A DNA stretch of 64,000 bases. Origin: Antedon mediterranea. Taxonomy: Eukaryota > Animalia > Echinodermata. Location of the stretch: the NCBI RefSeq assembly GCF_964355755.1, contig NC_092671.1, positions 25,680,070 to 25,744,069 on the forward strand, read 5' to 3'. The notes below the pieces were generated by a model. The model ran no database searches and was not told the DNA's origin. It saw only the letters and a program-made list of their open reading frames with translations. Below are positions 26,231 to 38,690 of this stretch, in pieces. Position 1 is the stretch's first letter; every line of letters starts with the position of its first letter. The position numbers were made by a program, and so were the translations under genes.

Positions 26231-27367
26231 TTAGGAGATGTAAATGTTCAGAGTATTCCTGGTCTTTTCTGAAAACTTGTATTTAATTTTATTAATTTTA
26301 TTTTTAGCAAGGCAAGGTAACAACAGGAAGCTGAGCTCACGATCAGTTCCACGCCCCTTAAATGTCTTCACTGACTTTCAATTTGCCAATTGGCTTCATC
26401 AAACATACACCGCTCCGCGGAGAATATTTTACAGAGTAAGCCTGGTGTTCTATCTTAGCAAGGCGAGATCAGCGTCCTTTGGATTGCCTTCCTTTTAGGA
26501 AATCGTTCGTGCACATTTCTATTAATATCTTTAATTAAACAAAATTAACAGAATAATTTAAAATGTTTTTAAGATTTCTCTTTCAATGTTATTATACACT
26601 TTTTGTCATTTAATTTGTTTAGTAAGATTGTGTACCATGTTTATCTTTTTAATCGGAATTGCAGTCAACCAAATTTGTAGATGTTAATGATACAGAAAGG
26701 TAATTGAAAATATATGTTTCAGTTTATTTAAATGTGGTTTACAGTTATTTATACTTAAAATTGCACCTGTTATATACAATAAATCTGTAGTTTATTTACA
26801 GAAATTTCTACTACTTTGGTATACCGTAGTTGTACCTGGGAGGAGTGAAATTGTTTTAATTCCATTCTTCTCTGGTTGCACATAGTAGATTATCGTTTTA
26901 CTTCAGAGTTATACAGATAGATGAAAAACGTTTTGTTCTATTTAGTGGTATTAAACCGGAGTTTATCAGTGAAAGAGAAAGATTATTATACTCATTTTTA
27001 TTAATTTCATTGTTTTATTGGATTAAACTTGTTTTATCTTTCTAAGTAATTTTTTTTAAAAAAGGACACATTCCAAAAACGTATTCGGCCTGGATTTACA
27101 GACAGAGTTATGAAATAATTCATACCCAACACTGCAGTACATTTAATATAGTTATCGTTTATTGTATATACACCTCAATAAAATCGTATTCTTAAGAAAC
27201 TGTACATTCCTTAATGCACGCTTTGGCTTTTCAGGAGCTACTCATGTTATTACCAGTTCCATGTGCTCTCAAAAGAACAAACTAGTTTAATTTAGATTAC
27301 GAAGCAATCTTGTTTACAAAACCTTTTTATGCTTTCATATATATGAGAAAGCAATATCTTTTTCTAA

Positions 27368-27508
27368 AGGTCTGTCTACACTATTAAAATTTATGTGACA
27401 AAACAATTTGATATGCGTATAAATATGGACACAATGACATCATATCATTACAATATTTGGGCACATCACACTTTTTTTTTCAAACTAGTTTGATGTGTAG
27501 ACAGAGCT
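27368..27508. mobile_element. PIF/Harbinger-type MITE
   Basis: TAA|AGGTCTGTCTACAC...GTGTAGACAGAGCT|TTA. Confidence 0.7.
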
Positions 27509-27689
27509 TTAGTTCGTTTGGTAAAGGTAAAAAAACTTTCCAAGAACAAATTTTTCTTATTTTCTTATAAAAATGTTTCTTTTATAAAATTACAGAAATT
27601 GTCAATAAAAAAAGTAGTTGCATGGTTTCCATATTTTTCCACCAAATTTTGGATAGTAAATTTATATAAAAATTATTTGAAAGTGATTG

Positions 27690-30600
27690 TCAAGATTTAC
27701 AAAGAGCATTGTGTAAAGGTATTGATACTAAACCAGAAATTGTAATTCCTAAACTACTAGCTATAGATGTCAAACCCATTGCAAATTCCTGGTAGCATTC
27801 CTCAACCTGAAACAAAGCAGAAATACTATTTTAGAATACTTACTTACTACAGTATTATTAAAACATTATTATTTTATATTTTTTCTTTAAAAAAATATAT
27901 CCAAATTGACGATAGAATGTGTTCGCTTCGCCAAAAGTAGAAACAATTTAAACAACTAATTTTGCTACTAGAATTCGTCAAAGAAAGAGATTTGAAAGAT
28001 GGAAATGTGAATACATTCATATAAGCTGACACTTTCGATGTCAGTCAGTATAATAATAAATTTAAACCAGGGGTTTTCAACAGCTTTTTTGTGTCGGCCT
28101 GCTTGTAATTTATAAATAATTTTGCAGGCCAGGTAGATCTTGAATTCACAGGTAAGGTCCATATGCCACATACACAAAATAAATAATTTAATTTATTTAA
28201 AAAAAGAAATGTTCAATTTTTACATCATGAAAATATGTACTATTGCATTCATAAACATTCATTATTATTTGTATAAATATTTTAATGGCTATGTTTTGTC
28301 AACAGGATAGTTTATCATGTAATCAAACTGGCCTATGAATAAGTGTGTAATATACCTCTATTAGAATTTTGTAAAATGTGTTTGCAAAAGCGAATCCACC
28401 AAGAAGTCCTTCAAACGCTATTGTAACAAATATAATCCAAATTGATGGAATATAGTGATACATTGCTACAGTCAACAGGAACACAAATGCTGCACACTGT
28501 CAGTGTAAGAAAAAATATTGGTATCAAGTTATACTAGGAAAAACACATTAACAATTAACTGTAGTTTAAAACCTTCCCAGTACAACTTCTGATCATCCAA
28601 TGTAATACAACAGCAAAAATGAAATAATAATATTCAATTCAATTTTATTTAATTTAAAGGAACTTATTTCTGACATTGCTGTTGGTCAAGACATTTTTTC
28701 TGACCATCGTTCTCCTATATTTTCCATTAATTGTTATGTTAAAAATTGTTGTCATAATAGATTCTAGATAAAATCCTATAACTTAGAGCAATTAATGACA
28801 GCAAAATTAATGTCAGTTTGAAAAAAAATCCTTTCGATACCATTGACACCGGAGATGATGTCGACGATTGCGTTACTGTTTTGTATGATTTAATTGAAGC
28901 CATTCTCTATGATCTTGTCCCCATTAAAATATTAAGAGGTCAAATGTAACCTTGGTTTTACCATGAAATAGAGCTTCTTCTTTTCAGAATATGGAAAAAA
29001 AATCACATTTAAAAATGATTTCAATGCGGCCAGAAAAAGGTTAAAAAAGCTGTGAATTAATCACAATAAATATGTTCCTTTTCCGATAACATAAAATCCA
29101 ATCCCAAAAGTTTTTGGACATGGATCAAGACGGAAACAAAAACGTCATCTTATCCGTCTGTTCTGAACTACGGGGACAAGGTCGCGGAGAAGCAAAAGAA
29201 AAAGCTATTTTGTTCAATTCATTTTTTCATTATGTTTTTCAAAAATCTATCTTTTGACTAACATCATGCTCTCCCTGAAGCCTCTTTTGATTATTTAAGT
29301 ATACCGGTTATTCAGCCCGATTCTGTTTACAACTTTCTTGCATTTAACAAACCCTATAAAGCTTCTGGCTGTGATGGGCTGAGTACACCATGTTTTAAAA
29401 GTTTATGCTAAACCACTTTCAATCCGCTAGCAAATTAAGAAACAACAATCTCCTCAGTGGCGGATTCAGAGTGGGGTGAAAGGGGCGTGATTTTCCACTA
29501 TTAGCCAATTATTTGTTCCCGCGAATCCAACATTTCGCAGAGAACCAAAACACGCTACCTTTTCCACTGCTGAGTTTTCAATTCGCATGAGTGCTCATGA
29601 ATGCCTTATAGCTTATTTTCTGAGCTCTGATTGGTTGCACTTCGCAAAAAGTAGATACATTTCGAACTATCACAAATCATTTTCGTCATTTGACAACCTT
29701 TTATTGGTTTAAGTCATTCATAATAGCCCCCAACCAAACAATTTACTGCGCTCGTGTTTGCGCCGGAGGGGGGAGGTAGTTTTCGGACTGGATCAGCTCC
29801 TGTCTGTGTTTCGCTTAGTAGAGTCAATGTAGGCCTACTTAAAAATGGTTACATTAGTAGATTAAGTTTATCTTATAATAGTTTAGTCCAGGCCCATCGA
29901 CACTTTTAATTCCAGTCTTCCTTTGTTTCTGAGTTGTTGTATTGTCTTTGTATCTGTTAACCATGCATACTGTAAGTGGCAGATTTGTTTCTGGTGTTGT
30001 TAAATAAATTTAAAAAAAAAAAAAAAAATAAAGGAATTGTATTATGTAATTAACTTGCCAGTGTTAAAGGCTCTACAAATGTTTATATATTTAGGAAAGT
30101 AAACAAAAAGTGTAAAAAATTATACAATATGAGAATCTAATTATAAATATCTAAGAATTTGTAAACCCATTCTTCTTTTTTAACAAAAAGGGTGTTATTT
30201 ATTTAACAAATTTGAATTTATTAGTATTAGAGTTGTATTTTGTTGGAAATCCTTTTGCAATTATAATTTAAGAGCTGAATTTTGTTTATTTAATGAATAA
30301 ATTAAGCATCTGCTTCTAGAATTTCCCCTTTTATTTATTAAAATCAATATATAGATTATGAACGCATAAGAAAGAACTCCTAATGATTCATTATGTGTAA
30401 TTTGTAATCTTAAAGACACTATAGGTACGTTTTTTCGATCTAATTTAAGGTCACAAACTAATTATAAATAATATATGGACCTATTGCGGTTAAAAATGTG
30501 AACAATTATTTGATACTAATGATTTAGGCAGCCCGCTATAAATACCAGAATACATCGCGCACGGATTGATATTTTCATATTGCTTATGTAATGGCCCCAC

Positions 30601-33600
30601 TTTCGATAGATCGTGAAGGGAAAACAAACAGTGAATATACCAGGTCTTCCACAATTTGTATTAACGGATTCTGCGATAAAAAAGGAAAGAAAATTAATTC
30701 AAAGATGAGACATCAGGCTACTAGGCTAGCATACGATGTTTGTATGTTACCACTCTTTACCAGCTGGGCCTACAAAACTAAGCCTAGCTAAACTAGGCCT
30801 ACAGTAAAAATGACGAGAGAGGTACAGTAAAACATTTTTCTCTTTATATCATAATTATAACCTTAGAATGTACATTGAAGACAAGGAATGACCTGATTTA
30901 ATGCTTTAGAGTTATATATAATTATATGCATTATTTTTACAAAATGTCAAAAATTGCAGGTATATAGTGTATAGGTACTTACTTGCAGTATAGGCAGCAC
31001 CCATAGATGTTTAATAGTGAAAACGGCTATAGATGACCTTGATACAAACACACCTACTTGATATACTAACTGATACCTATACAAAAAGTGTATTGCAAAT
31101 ATTGACACCATTGGTATTTAAAAAAAACTTTGTTTTTAGTATGTCCAGCATGCACCTACGCTTTGCATTTTTTATGTTCAACATGGTTTTTCTGTATTAT
31201 TTTTAAATTAAGCTTAAATTTAACACCATAGATACAATTTTTGGGGTAAAAAAAGGTAAAGGTGAATCCTGTGTTCATTCTGAATGTAGGGGAATGATCT
31301 GTGAGGAGCTTACTGTGCAAATCCCCGGCATTATGTGGTAGGGTGGCCAGTTCCTTTCCACGCCACCTTATCCTGCCTAGTATTTTTAACCAGGTACTCA
31401 TTTGCAGCTGAGTGGACTGGGAGTTGAGTTGGGAATTGACACCGGATTTTTCTGTATGACAGTCAAGTGTCCTAACCACTCGGCTAACCAACTCCTTTTG
31501 GGGGTAGTGTGCTTGAAAGAAAGTACAGAACACTGGTTCTGGAAATGTCACGTTAGGTAAAGATAGCATATACTAACCACCTGTATTGGTCATCATGGTT
31601 CATCCATGTTAACGTAGGAAAGTAAATAAGTTCAACCTGTAAAAAAAGGGAAAGAAAAATACTATTAGGAAGGAAATATATTTTGTAAGTTTTGAAAATA
31701 AAGGGTTGAAATACTGTATGTAATGAAAATAATGGATGATTATTAATTCCTGAGTTAAAAAATTGACTGCGCTATTTTTAACGAGGCAGAGCTGAGTTGA
31801 AAATAGAGGGGTTGATTTCCAAACGTGATCAGTCAACGGCGTCACATGACAACAAATCTGAAGTGCGTAATTAGTACTTATACTTACAATGCCTTGATTA
31901 ATCAGGTACTCGGCTAGATATACAACTCCAAGAGGTACCATATATTTCGTTAATGGCTAGAAAATACATAAATAAGTTTGAATTAAACTATTTTCAGTGT
32001 ATAGATAAGTTTTATTGTCCTATAAATGAATATTATACTATTTTTTATGTTTTGAGTTGATGGAAAATATGTAATTCCTTGCTCCTAGAAAATTGTGGAA
32101 TGAAGATTCATATGCACAAAATGACCGAATGATATAATTGACCTCCGCCAAGGAGGAATATGTAATCGATCGCGTGTGTTTGTTTGTCTGTCTGTTTGTT
32201 TGTTAGCAGGATTACTCAAAAAGTAATTAAAAGGTCTTTACCAAAATGAATGTACAGATAGATATGTGGTCAAGGACCATTCCATTAAATTTTGGGACCA
32301 TTTCGGACCACGGTCCCAATTCTGGACCACTTTTTGGTATACTTTTCAGACCTGCTAGTGTTAAAAGATAGGACAACATTTTTCAAAAGCCGGCGAGCAG
32401 TCTTAAAGTAACAAGTAAACTGTAATTCCATTTTCTCGAAAACTACTTGTCCAAAAAACTTCATTTTTGTACAAGAGGCAAGAGTTATAATTTGTAATTT
32501 TAAAACATAATTTTATTTAATGTGCACGTTTTTTGATGCGAGTAGTTTAAAAAAACCTATTTCTTTTCAAATTCACTCGTTTCATTTTCGCGTTCCTGTT
32601 CTATTGTTAGTCAACTGAAGCTATTGTTAATTGTTGAAAGGCTTGTTACATAACCATTACACCAAACTCGCATACACATTCTTGTATTTAAATTAGCCTA
32701 AATCAGAAACAGCATTAAGACACACACAAATATATATATATTTTTTTTTTACCGGAAAAATCTTATGTAGGAGAATTTTACAGTAGGTGGAGGTATGCAC
32801 TCTCGGAGTGGCTTTCTAGTTATAATATTGATTACCTTTACTAATTTAATTTTTTCTTTGGCAGTAAGCCGGTGAGGGCCTTTCTTTGACGCAAGACTGC
32901 CGTTAACTTTATCTTCTGACTGCGTAATATCATCAATAACATTAACGCTTTCTTGTAGACTAGTTTGTGATGAATTAATAATGTTGTTGATTAATGATTC
33001 ACTGAGTTCATCTTTTGGCTTTTGATGTTTTTTATTACTTGGTCGATGCGAAAGCAGTAAATAATACCTAATGAGAAACATAAGAACAGTATCCAATTTA
33101 GTCTACAATATCTATATAGGAGAGAGTTTGCACATTTGTTGGATATACACATTTCTCTTTTGTTAGATAATGCTAATTCCAAATGACATGTGATGTGTAA
33201 TTGACCAATAAAATTGCAAGAATACAATCAGGTGTGTTTAAACACAGTATATACAGTGAAAATAAAGGATGAGTCTACTTACACTATAAAACTGACAGCA
33301 GGAACAACTAAAACAATTAACATGGATTGACGAGGTGACAAGCCAAGAACTGAGGTAAGTAAAACATACGCCAGTGCATATAATACCCCAGATACTCCAG
33401 TCCCAGTTGAGTAGCCAACAATTACACTCCTATCAAAAGAAATTAACATTTTACATTTTTTGTTTACTATAATTAGCATTACTATATTTATCTAGGCTTG
33501 TTTATAATTCAATATTCCATCAGATAGTTGTTACAATTCCTCAAATCTCCAAAAAAAAGAAAATTCAAATGTTTAAATCCAAGCAATTTAACAGGACACT

Positions 33601-36600
33601 GACCTCTAGAGATATATATTTTGAGAGATATAAATAAATAAAAACAAATATTATGACTGTTTGCAGCTCAAAGAGCTGAATTGCAGAAATAACATACATC
33701 AAATTGACAACATCAAAAAAGTTCCGAAAAAATTAAACTATGGCATAAAAAAAAATATAAATAAAATAAATAAATCAAAGGGTTTAATCTGTGGCTGCGA
33801 CACGATCAGTTCCATGTCCTTTAACAGCGCCGAAGAGAATATGTAGATAGTACAATACTTTTGGTATTTGTCGCAGCCAGATGAGTTTCTATCTTGCCAA
33901 GGCGAGCTCAGTTTCCTTGTTAGATTGCCTTGGTTAAATAAGGGACGTTCAAATGAGTCAGAAGTAAGCTCTGAAGTAGCAGTTTGTTTGTTGCAAGCCC
34001 TGAGTAGTGCCTGTGAAGATACTCTTTGTATTAAGTTACTTCAACCTAACCCCCAGAGAGTAAATGTGCTACTTCCGCATTCATAAGGAATATAATGAAA
34101 CACGCTAGCAAATGAGCAATGTGCAGACGCAATTACTTCAAAGCTCAAAGTAAAATGCATCTATCTTGTATTAAGCACCGTGTGGACACTCATTGGAAGT
34201 AACATGTGCATATAATTTTGCGTAGCTTTAGCTCAGACATAAAGCTCAAAGTAAAATGCATCTATCTTGTATTAAAGATGTATTGTCCCCCTGAAATAAT
34301 AATTCTTAAAACAAATTTCGTTGAATATTCCATTTTAATGTAACATAATAGTTATCCACTTTGACCAAAAATTGGATCGAAAAAAATGTATTTACTTGAA
34401 AAAAATTTAATTTAAAGCAAAAAATGGTCAAATTGGCTGCCAGCCAATGGATATTTGGTTGAATTTAATTTTTAACCATTTATTTTGTCATTTTATAAGT
34501 GAAAACATTATTTGTTTTCGTTTTTTTTTCTATGGAAGTGATTAACTTTATTAAAACTACAAAATAACATATTCAAAGCCTGATTTAATTAATCTTCATT
34601 TACCTCCGCCAAGGAGGTATATGTAATCGGTAGCGTGTGTTTGTTTGTTTGTTAGCAGGATTACTCAAAAAGTAATTACAAGATCTTTAATCAAAAATAT
34701 ACAGATAGATATGTGGTCAAGGACCATTCCATTAAATTTTGGGACCATTTGGGACCATGGTCCCAATTCTGGACCACTTTTTGATTATACTTTTCAGACC
34801 TGCTAGTGTTAAAAGATAGAACAGAATTATTCAAAAGCCGGCGCAGTCTTAAAGTAACAAGTAAACTGAAATTGCATTTTCTCGAGAATTACTTGTCCAA
34901 AAAAACTTCATTTTTGTACAAGAGACAAGAGTTATAATTTGTGATTTGTAATTTTAAAAAATAATTTTATTTAATGTGCATGTTTTTTGATGCGAGTAGT
35001 TTACAAAACCTATTTCTTTTCAAATTCACTCGTAACAAGTTTTGATTTCGCGTTGCTGTTCTATTGTTATTAGTCAACTGAAGCTATTGTTAATTGAAAG
35101 GCTTGTTACATAACCATTACACCAAACTCGCATACACATGCTTGTAGTGAAATTAGCGTAAATCACAAACAGCATTAAGACACACACAAATATATATATA
35201 TATTTTTTTACCGGAGAAATCTTATGTAGGAGAATTTTACAGTATGCACTCTCGGAGTGGCTTTCTAGTTTTTCATGTTTTTGTGGGACAATACATCTTT
35301 AAGCAACATGTGGACACTCATCGGAAGTAACATGTGCATATAATTTTGCGTAGCTTTAGTTCAGACATAAGGCTGTCAACATAATTATAGAAAACTTACT
35401 TGTCAAAGTAAGAGCTGAGGCTCAAAAATAGAAACTCACCAATACCAGTACCAGCACTCGCACATCCTACACCTGTATAAGAAAACAAAACTTACACATA
35501 AATACTGGAAATACTATAGAGTAAAATGTATATTCAACTGTGTTGCGTAGCACTATGTAAATTATATATTAGTATTACAGTCAAATGATTGAAACAGTGC
35601 TCATATTTGGAACATGATATCAGAATCGCGTCGAGCATAGCTCATCAACGAAAGTCCCATTTTTTTTATATGAAAAATGTCTCAGGATTCAAAACTGCGA
35701 CCAGATACATTCTCTCATAATAAAAATACCTTCACAATCAGTGGAGGCTAATTATATATTTACTTTTATTGTTTATACTGTTGTTGACCGCACAACAGTT
35801 TTAGTGAGCCACAAATAAACAAATAAATATTATATGAGAGAGCATTATATATTTGTTTGCTAAACAATTTTTTTTTAATTACATGGGGTATAATGACCAG
35901 AAATGTACTGGAAAAACTATATTAAAACTGCAATGAGTTAGGTATCTTTCCTAGTGTTTTTAGAACCATATTACTTTATATAAATTCTATTCTAATTAAA
36001 TAGTGAATATTATATAACACCTATATAAATTCCTGTCATTTGATTGGACGAATGTGGGTCACATGGCGTGCAATAGTACGCACTATTCAACGATCGTTAA
36101 ATAGTACTTTTTGAAACATTTTTGTGTACGAAAAAAAAAACGTCTCGCGGATGAAAAAAAATCTAGTACACAAATTATCCTATGATATGGCTATGTACTG
36201 TGAAATACAACAGCGCCACCTGTCGTCTGGTCTGAGTTTCATTTGTAAACACCACCGCGAGATATGCAACAGCAGCAGATATTTGTGTACGATTTGGACA
36301 TTATGTACTAATTTCATTCAAAAAGGCATTTAAATTAGCTTTAGATCGTTTTTAGGATTTTGATTAATTAATGGGGACATCCCTACAAGACGTGGAATTG
36401 TTGGAAAAACCATAATTAGCTTAGATAAGTTCCAATTGTCTGTCGAAGTTTTGCCTTTCAGCCAAGCTAGTACTAGGCTACTAGGTCTAGCCTAGGCCAT
36501 GCTAGTATTAGGCTAGGCCTAGCCTAGGCGTTTTAGCCTTGCTAGGCCTAGGATTGTTTGGTCGTTTGTTGACATAATTAACACAAAAGTAGGTGTGTTT

Positions 36601-38690
36601 ACGAAATCCATATAAATATAACATTTAATATAACATTATTAAAAACCAAATGTTACTGTTTTTAATCAAATGTGTGTGAATGAAATGTAGTAAGCTTTGG
36701 CTAGGTAGGGCTACCTTTTATTTGATTCAAATAACTAGAATTTATTTAGATGTTATATAAAACAAATAATGAATGTTTTGTATTCGTGTAATGGTACAAA
36801 TAATGGCACTTGGTGAATGATGAAAGGTTATATCAACTCGGCTTTGCCTCGTTGATATAACCTTTCATCATTCACCTTGTGCCATTATTTGTACCATTGC
36901 ACTCATAAACATTCATTATTTGTATACTGTAGTGTACTGTAGACTGAATGAAGGAATTGCACTGTGCAATTATCATTATCAGAAATGACGTTCAAACTTA
37001 CCAATTAAACTAAGTGCCAATGTGTTGGAATATGAAACAATAAGTAGACTCGCGGCACCCAAACTTATACTTATGCTGATCATTAAACTAAACCAAAACA
37101 AATTGTAAAAATACAGACAATGTTATGGGTCAATATTACATATAATATATATATAAATTAAATATATAATACATAATTAAGTTTATTTTAAATGCAGAAA
37201 TGCCGTATTTAAAAATGTGCAATTTGAACAATTTGCGCAATTTGTTGAACACAAAATAATATTAATAACATGAAACATAGTAGGCCTAGGCATAAAAAAG
37301 GAAGCCGGATATTTACTCATCGGCACTCCTTTATAATATTAGCTCAATGGCCATCCACGCGGCGACGAGAGGATCGATGTTTCTCTTAAAGTTTTTGCCG
37401 TCTTTACTTTTAAAAAAATAGTAAGGTTATCAAGCTTTAGTTTTATCAATTAATACAGATTTGGTAGAGTCAGTTATGTAATGTTATGGTTTTCTTACTT
37501 GTAAGATACATATTCAAAATACAATGGGAGGGTTGTCTTGGCAAAAAGTGATGGAAATATGTCGGCAAGAAGTACAGCTCCGGTAGATACTTTGTTACAA
37601 TCTTTATAGTTCAAGGGTTCAGAGGTCGTGATGTTTGTGTACAATGATGCCGTTGTCAAAACGGGTGAAATCTGAAAGGAAACAGGTCAGACATGTAAAT
37701 AGTAAGAAATATGTTTGCAGCACATGGCAACAATGAAGAAAATAAACTTTTGTTTTTAAATATGTAATTTAAATTGAAAATATGACACTTGATAATGAAT
37801 GCTTGCTAAAACTGAAAGAAAGGAAAAGTTGGGATAATTAGTTGCTATTTAGCCCTGTCCAACTCTGTTGTAGCACCTAAACTCTGCACTGTTATTGCAC
37901 CTAAACTCTGCACTGTTATTTCACACGTAAAGTACTGTAAAGTAAATACAGTCTTCAATTTGAATACATTATTAATTATTATCTACATAATTTATTTATT
38001 TATTATTTAGTCTTAGTTTTTTTTGTTGTATATTTTAATGATTTGAATTGTACTTTTTATTTGGTCTTTTGACCATATTAATCTACATCTTTCTCATCAT
38101 TATAGATTATGATTGTCTGTACTGTATCTATTTCTGGTGGGTAAGCTCCAAGTTCCTTGAACTGGGAAGTATTTTCCCACCATTTCTCTAATTTACGATG
38201 TTTATATGAATAATGTGTGGAAATCAATTAAAAAGAAAAAACAAAACTTACAGTTGTTGTGTACTTTTTATCGAACTCCGAGAGTATATCAAAAGCAGCA
38301 GACAACATTATACCATAACAGAAATTATTACATAAACCAAGTAAGCTAAAAAAAGAAATACACCTATTATTATTATACCTTACTTTATAATTATAAAACA
38401 TTAATAACAAAAACACAAAAATAAAATCTACTTTCATGGTTTTTATCCAAAAATTGTTATTGTCAATTAAAAAAAAATATATATTATTTATACATAGGAT
38501 TCATTGTTTGACACATGGCATTTTTGGTCCTATACTGTACGTAAAATTTAAGTCAATGTAATTATCACAGCCATACTTACAAAAAAGCAACAACATCGCG
38601 CTTGGTTTTAGGTTGCTTGATTAATATAGCTGCATTGTCATTTGGCAAACAAGAACCATTGTTTGAATTTACTGCATCACCTTGATCCAT
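27690..38690 (-). CDS. CLN3: Battenin (CLN3-like lysosomal membrane transporter), 12 coding exons, ~463 aa
   Basis: Exons (minus) 38690-38581, 38345-38252, 37671-37499, 37087-37002, 35472-35400, 33429-33283, 33067-32836, 31956-31888, 31636-31581, 31076-30983, 28496-28356 and 27806-27690; all are GT-AG and phase-consistent. Motifs LLGLCNNF..MLSAA, STGAVLLADI, GTG, VPLGVVYLAEYLINQG, QYRYQLVYQVGVFVSRSS, FEGLLGG, EFAM, IPLHNALC. Confidence 0.95.
28650..29435 (+). mobile_element. Decayed CR1/Jockey-group LINE fragment in a CLN3 intron
   Basis: Remnants SDHR (APE end), 'NPKSFWTWIK' and 'KASGCDG'. Confidence 0.6.
29488..29670 (-). mobile_element. Partial copy of the Harbinger-type MITE at 54811-55178
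   Basis: Reverse-complement match (ctgagctctgattggttgc...ttcgcaaaaagtaga; gattttccacta). Confidence 0.65.
31255..31487 (-). mobile_element. tRNA-derived SINE with conserved central core
   Basis: Minus strand: TAGCCGAGTGGTTAGG (A box), then CCACTCAGCTGCAAATGAGTACC core and (TTTACC)-like tail. Confidence 0.65.
32140..32820 (+). mobile_element. Helentron/DINE-like non-autonomous element, copy 1
   Basis: ACCTCCGCCAAGGAGG...(GTTT/GTCT)n TTAGCAGGATTACTC...GGAGGTATGCACTCTCGGAGTGGCTTTCTAGTT. Near-identical to 34601-35270. Confidence 0.8.
34276..35298. mobile_element. Kolobok-type MITE (TTAA TSD) containing a nested Helentron-like element
   Basis: TTAA|AGATGTATTGTCCC...GGGACAATACATCT|TTAA. Confidence 0.85.
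34601..35270 (+). mobile_element. Helentron/DINE-like non-autonomous element, copy 2
   Basis: Same family as 32140-32820. Confidence 0.8.
35590..35750. repeat. Degenerate single copy of the 6903-7175 palindrome arm
   Basis: gaaacagtgctcatatttggaacatgat...cgcgtcgagcatagctcat...ccagatacattctctcata...tcacaatcagtggaggct. Most of the tRNA-like part is deleted. Confidence 0.8.
36760..36926. repeat. ~165-bp foldback hairpin at the end of a ~0.9-kb non-autonomous element (~36000-36926)
   Basis: acaaataatgaatg...gaatgatgaaaggttatatcaac-tcggctttgcctc-gttgatataacctttcatcattc...cattcattatttgt. Confidence 0.85.

Noticed and set aside
31156-31569. 137-aa minus-strand ORF
   Set aside because: Lies in a CLN3 intron and spans a SINE; no protein motifs.
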